From: Nitrospinales bacterium
GTDB taxonomy: Bacteria; Nitrospinota; Nitrospinia; Nitrospinales; VA-1
Assembly (NCBI GenBank): GCA_965223345.1
Contig: CBDCWG010000012.1
Span: forward strand, 3,136,001-3,200,000
Length of the DNA: 64,000 nt
Direction: 5' to 3'
Every line of letters begins with the position of its first letter. Within the stretch, counting starts at the first letter, position 1. This document shows, in pieces, positions 62,489 through 64,000 of the stretch. Under the pieces are notes generated by a model, which was not told where the DNA came from, made no database searches, and was given only the letters and a program-made list of their open reading frames with translations. A program made the translations under genes and the position numbers.

Positions 62489-62733
62489 GCGGGCTTGCCG
62501 TGCTCATCGAAAAAGTCTTTCACTTCCTCATCGGAAGCGAACTCGTCTTTTCGGGCGGCATCCACACCTTTCTGAATATGCGCGAGCTGCCATTCGTGCA
62601 GTTCGATGTAGTTGTCGAGAGCGTCGTTGATGACCGAGCTCAGATTGGTGCCGAAGGCCTCGGCAATGCGGTCCAGTTTTTCGCGTTTGCCGGCGGCGGT
62701 CACAAACGATATTCGCGGTGAAGGCTTGGGCAT
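62485..62733 (-). CDS. CopG/RHH family antitoxin
   Basis: RHH N-terminus, 'WQ...I..G...A...F.S.EEV'; ATGA overlap with toxin. Confidence 0.88.
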   Translation of the reverse strand: MPKPSPRISFVTAAGKREKLDRIAEAFGTNLSSVINDALDNYIELHEWQLAHIQKGVDAARKDEFASDEEVKDFFDEHGKPA

Positions 62734-62894
62734 GGGGGTGGCTCCCTCAAATAATAGACTATCATATTATATCATACTAACAGCCGGACACTCCTAAACC
62801 CTTATAAAAAAGGATAAAACTCATCGTCTGTGAGCTGGGGACGGACATTCTGCCCCTAGTGAGGGCATTGCCGCATTGCAACCGGGCTGTTCCC

Positions 62895-63689
62895 CTACTT
62901 CCTGTGCTGGACGATGAGGGTGCCGAGTTTTTCCGCCTGGCGGATCTTGGAGGCGGCGCGGGCGGCGCTGGTGTGGCTCTGGTAGCGGCCGATGTAGACG
63001 CGGTGGCGGAATTCGTTCTTGCCCGCCAGTTCGGATTTCAGGGTGAAGGCGGGATAGCCTTTTTTCATCAGCTTGTCTTTGAGGGCCTGGGCGTAGCGCG
63101 ACTCTTTGAAGGAGCTCACCTGCACAGTGAATTTTTCCAGGCTCGTGGGGATTTTCGCCGCAGGCGGCGCGGGTTTTGCGGGTTCCGCCGGTTTGACCTC
63201 CGCTGCGGGAGCTTTCATCTCGCCGGGCACGGGCATCGGAGCCGCTTTCGCCAGCACCGGGGCGGCGGGAACGGCTTTCGCCAAAACGGGCGCAGGCTGG
63301 GACACGGGCTTGGGCCGGGACTGCTGCCGCCGGGGAGCGGTTCGCACCCGTTGCAGTTTGCGTTTGACGGGGCGCTGCGGCGCGACGGTTTGTCTCGGCC
63401 CCACTTCGCCGTTCAGGCCGACGAGTTGATCCATTTCGGCGTCGTTCAAAACCCGGAAGAAGGTGAACTCGTCTTCGGAAAAGGGGTTGCGCTCGGCCTT
63501 GTGAGCGGTGCGCAGGATCTTGGGCTTCACGGAGATCAGTTTTTTGTGGATCTGCGGGTGGAAGCGCTCGATCAGGCTGCTCGCCCCGCCGCTCGCGACA
63601 AAATAGACGCCGCCCCCGACGAGGATCAGCACCGCCAGGACGGTGGCCTTTTTGCCTTTGCGCTCGTTTTTTTTCTGAAATCGAACCAA
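62895..63689 (-). CDS. SPOR-domain cell division protein (FtsN/DedD-like)
   Basis: TM anchor, Pro/Ala linker, FTVQVSSF...HRVYIG SPOR domain; follows argS. Confidence 0.88.
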   Translation of the reverse strand: MVRFQKKNERKGKKATVLAVLILVGGGVYFVASGGASSLIERFHPQIHKKLISVKPKILRTAHKAERNPFSEDEFTFFRVLNDAEMDQLVGLNGEVGPRQTVAPQRPVKRKLQRVRTAPRRQQSRPKPVSQPAPVLAKAVPAAPVLAKAAPMPVPGEMKAPAAEVKPAEPAKPAPPAAKIPTSLEKFTVQVSSFKESRYAQALKDKLMKKGYPAFTLKSELAGKNEFRHRVYIGRYQSHTSAARAASKIRQAEKLGTLIVQHRK

Positions 63690-63725
63690 TCTCTCCTCCG
63701 TACGGGAACTGAAACAGCCCCTCTG

Positions 63726-64000
63726 TTACATTTTCTCCGGGGCTTCGATTCCCATGAGGGCCAAGCCATTGCGTATGGTGATGCGCAAACAGTGCAGCAG
63801 AAACAACCGCGCCTGACTTTTCGGAACGTCCTCGGTGACGACGCGGTGCTTGTTGTAGTAGCTGTGAAACACCGCCACCAGATCGTGCAGGTAGTGGGCG
63901 ATGCGGTGGACTTCCAGGCTCTCGGCGCTTTTTTCCACGACTTCGGTGAACGCGAGGATGTTTTTGATCAGCTGCCACTCCTCGTCTTCCACCAAAAGCG
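63726..64000 (-). CDS. argS: Arginine--tRNA ligase (C-terminal part)
   Basis: H.I..YL..L...FH.YYN..RV, ARL.L, GL.L.GI.APEKM. Confidence 0.95.
   Translation of the reverse strand, partial: LLVEDEEWQLIKNILAFTEVVEKSAESLEVHRIAHYLHDLVAVFHSYYNKHRVVTEDVPKSQARLFLLHCLRITIRNGLALMGIEAPEKM

Overview
GC-rich bacterial chromosome segment, mostly housekeeping and envelope genes. The gene mix looks Nitrospinota/Deltaproteobacteria-like, but that is an impression only. In order: (1) 1-8.6 kb, a divergent glutamyl-peptide locus: MgtE_N/CBS protein, MscS, a Ddl-like ATP-grasp ligase fused to an apparently dead M20 peptidase, ggt and LapA on -, then RimK-associated aspartic protease, rimK and an AstE/AspA-family deacylase on +. 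(2) tig, ispG, a PflX-like radical SAM enzyme, and a YejABEF-type peptide ABC transporter split by an antisense redox membrane protein. (3) 20.8-28.2 kb, a gene-sparse accessory region with an orphan curlin, a stand-alone M41 peptidase and a Ysc84 protein. Below the 60-aa ORF-track cutoff it also holds five small ORFs with good RBSs, two of them clear paralogues. It has several sigma54 -24/-12 motifs, CRP/FNR-type and IHF boxes, and candidate structured RNAs. (4) Proline dehydrogenase, GT4-asnB-GT4, an SLT protein, lipA, pyrG, kdsB, a wcaJ-like gene, a cpoB-like gene, an iscS-like gene, cysE, scpA, rsmE, serB, rarA, a RelE/ParE toxin-antitoxin pair, a SPOR protein and partial argS. Two dispersed repeat families occur; the modular CGCAAAG/ACAGGAT family sits next to AT-rich cassette-like genes. 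No rRNA, tRNA, CRISPR array, transposase or integrase was recognised. All calls come from reading motifs by eye; no searches were run.
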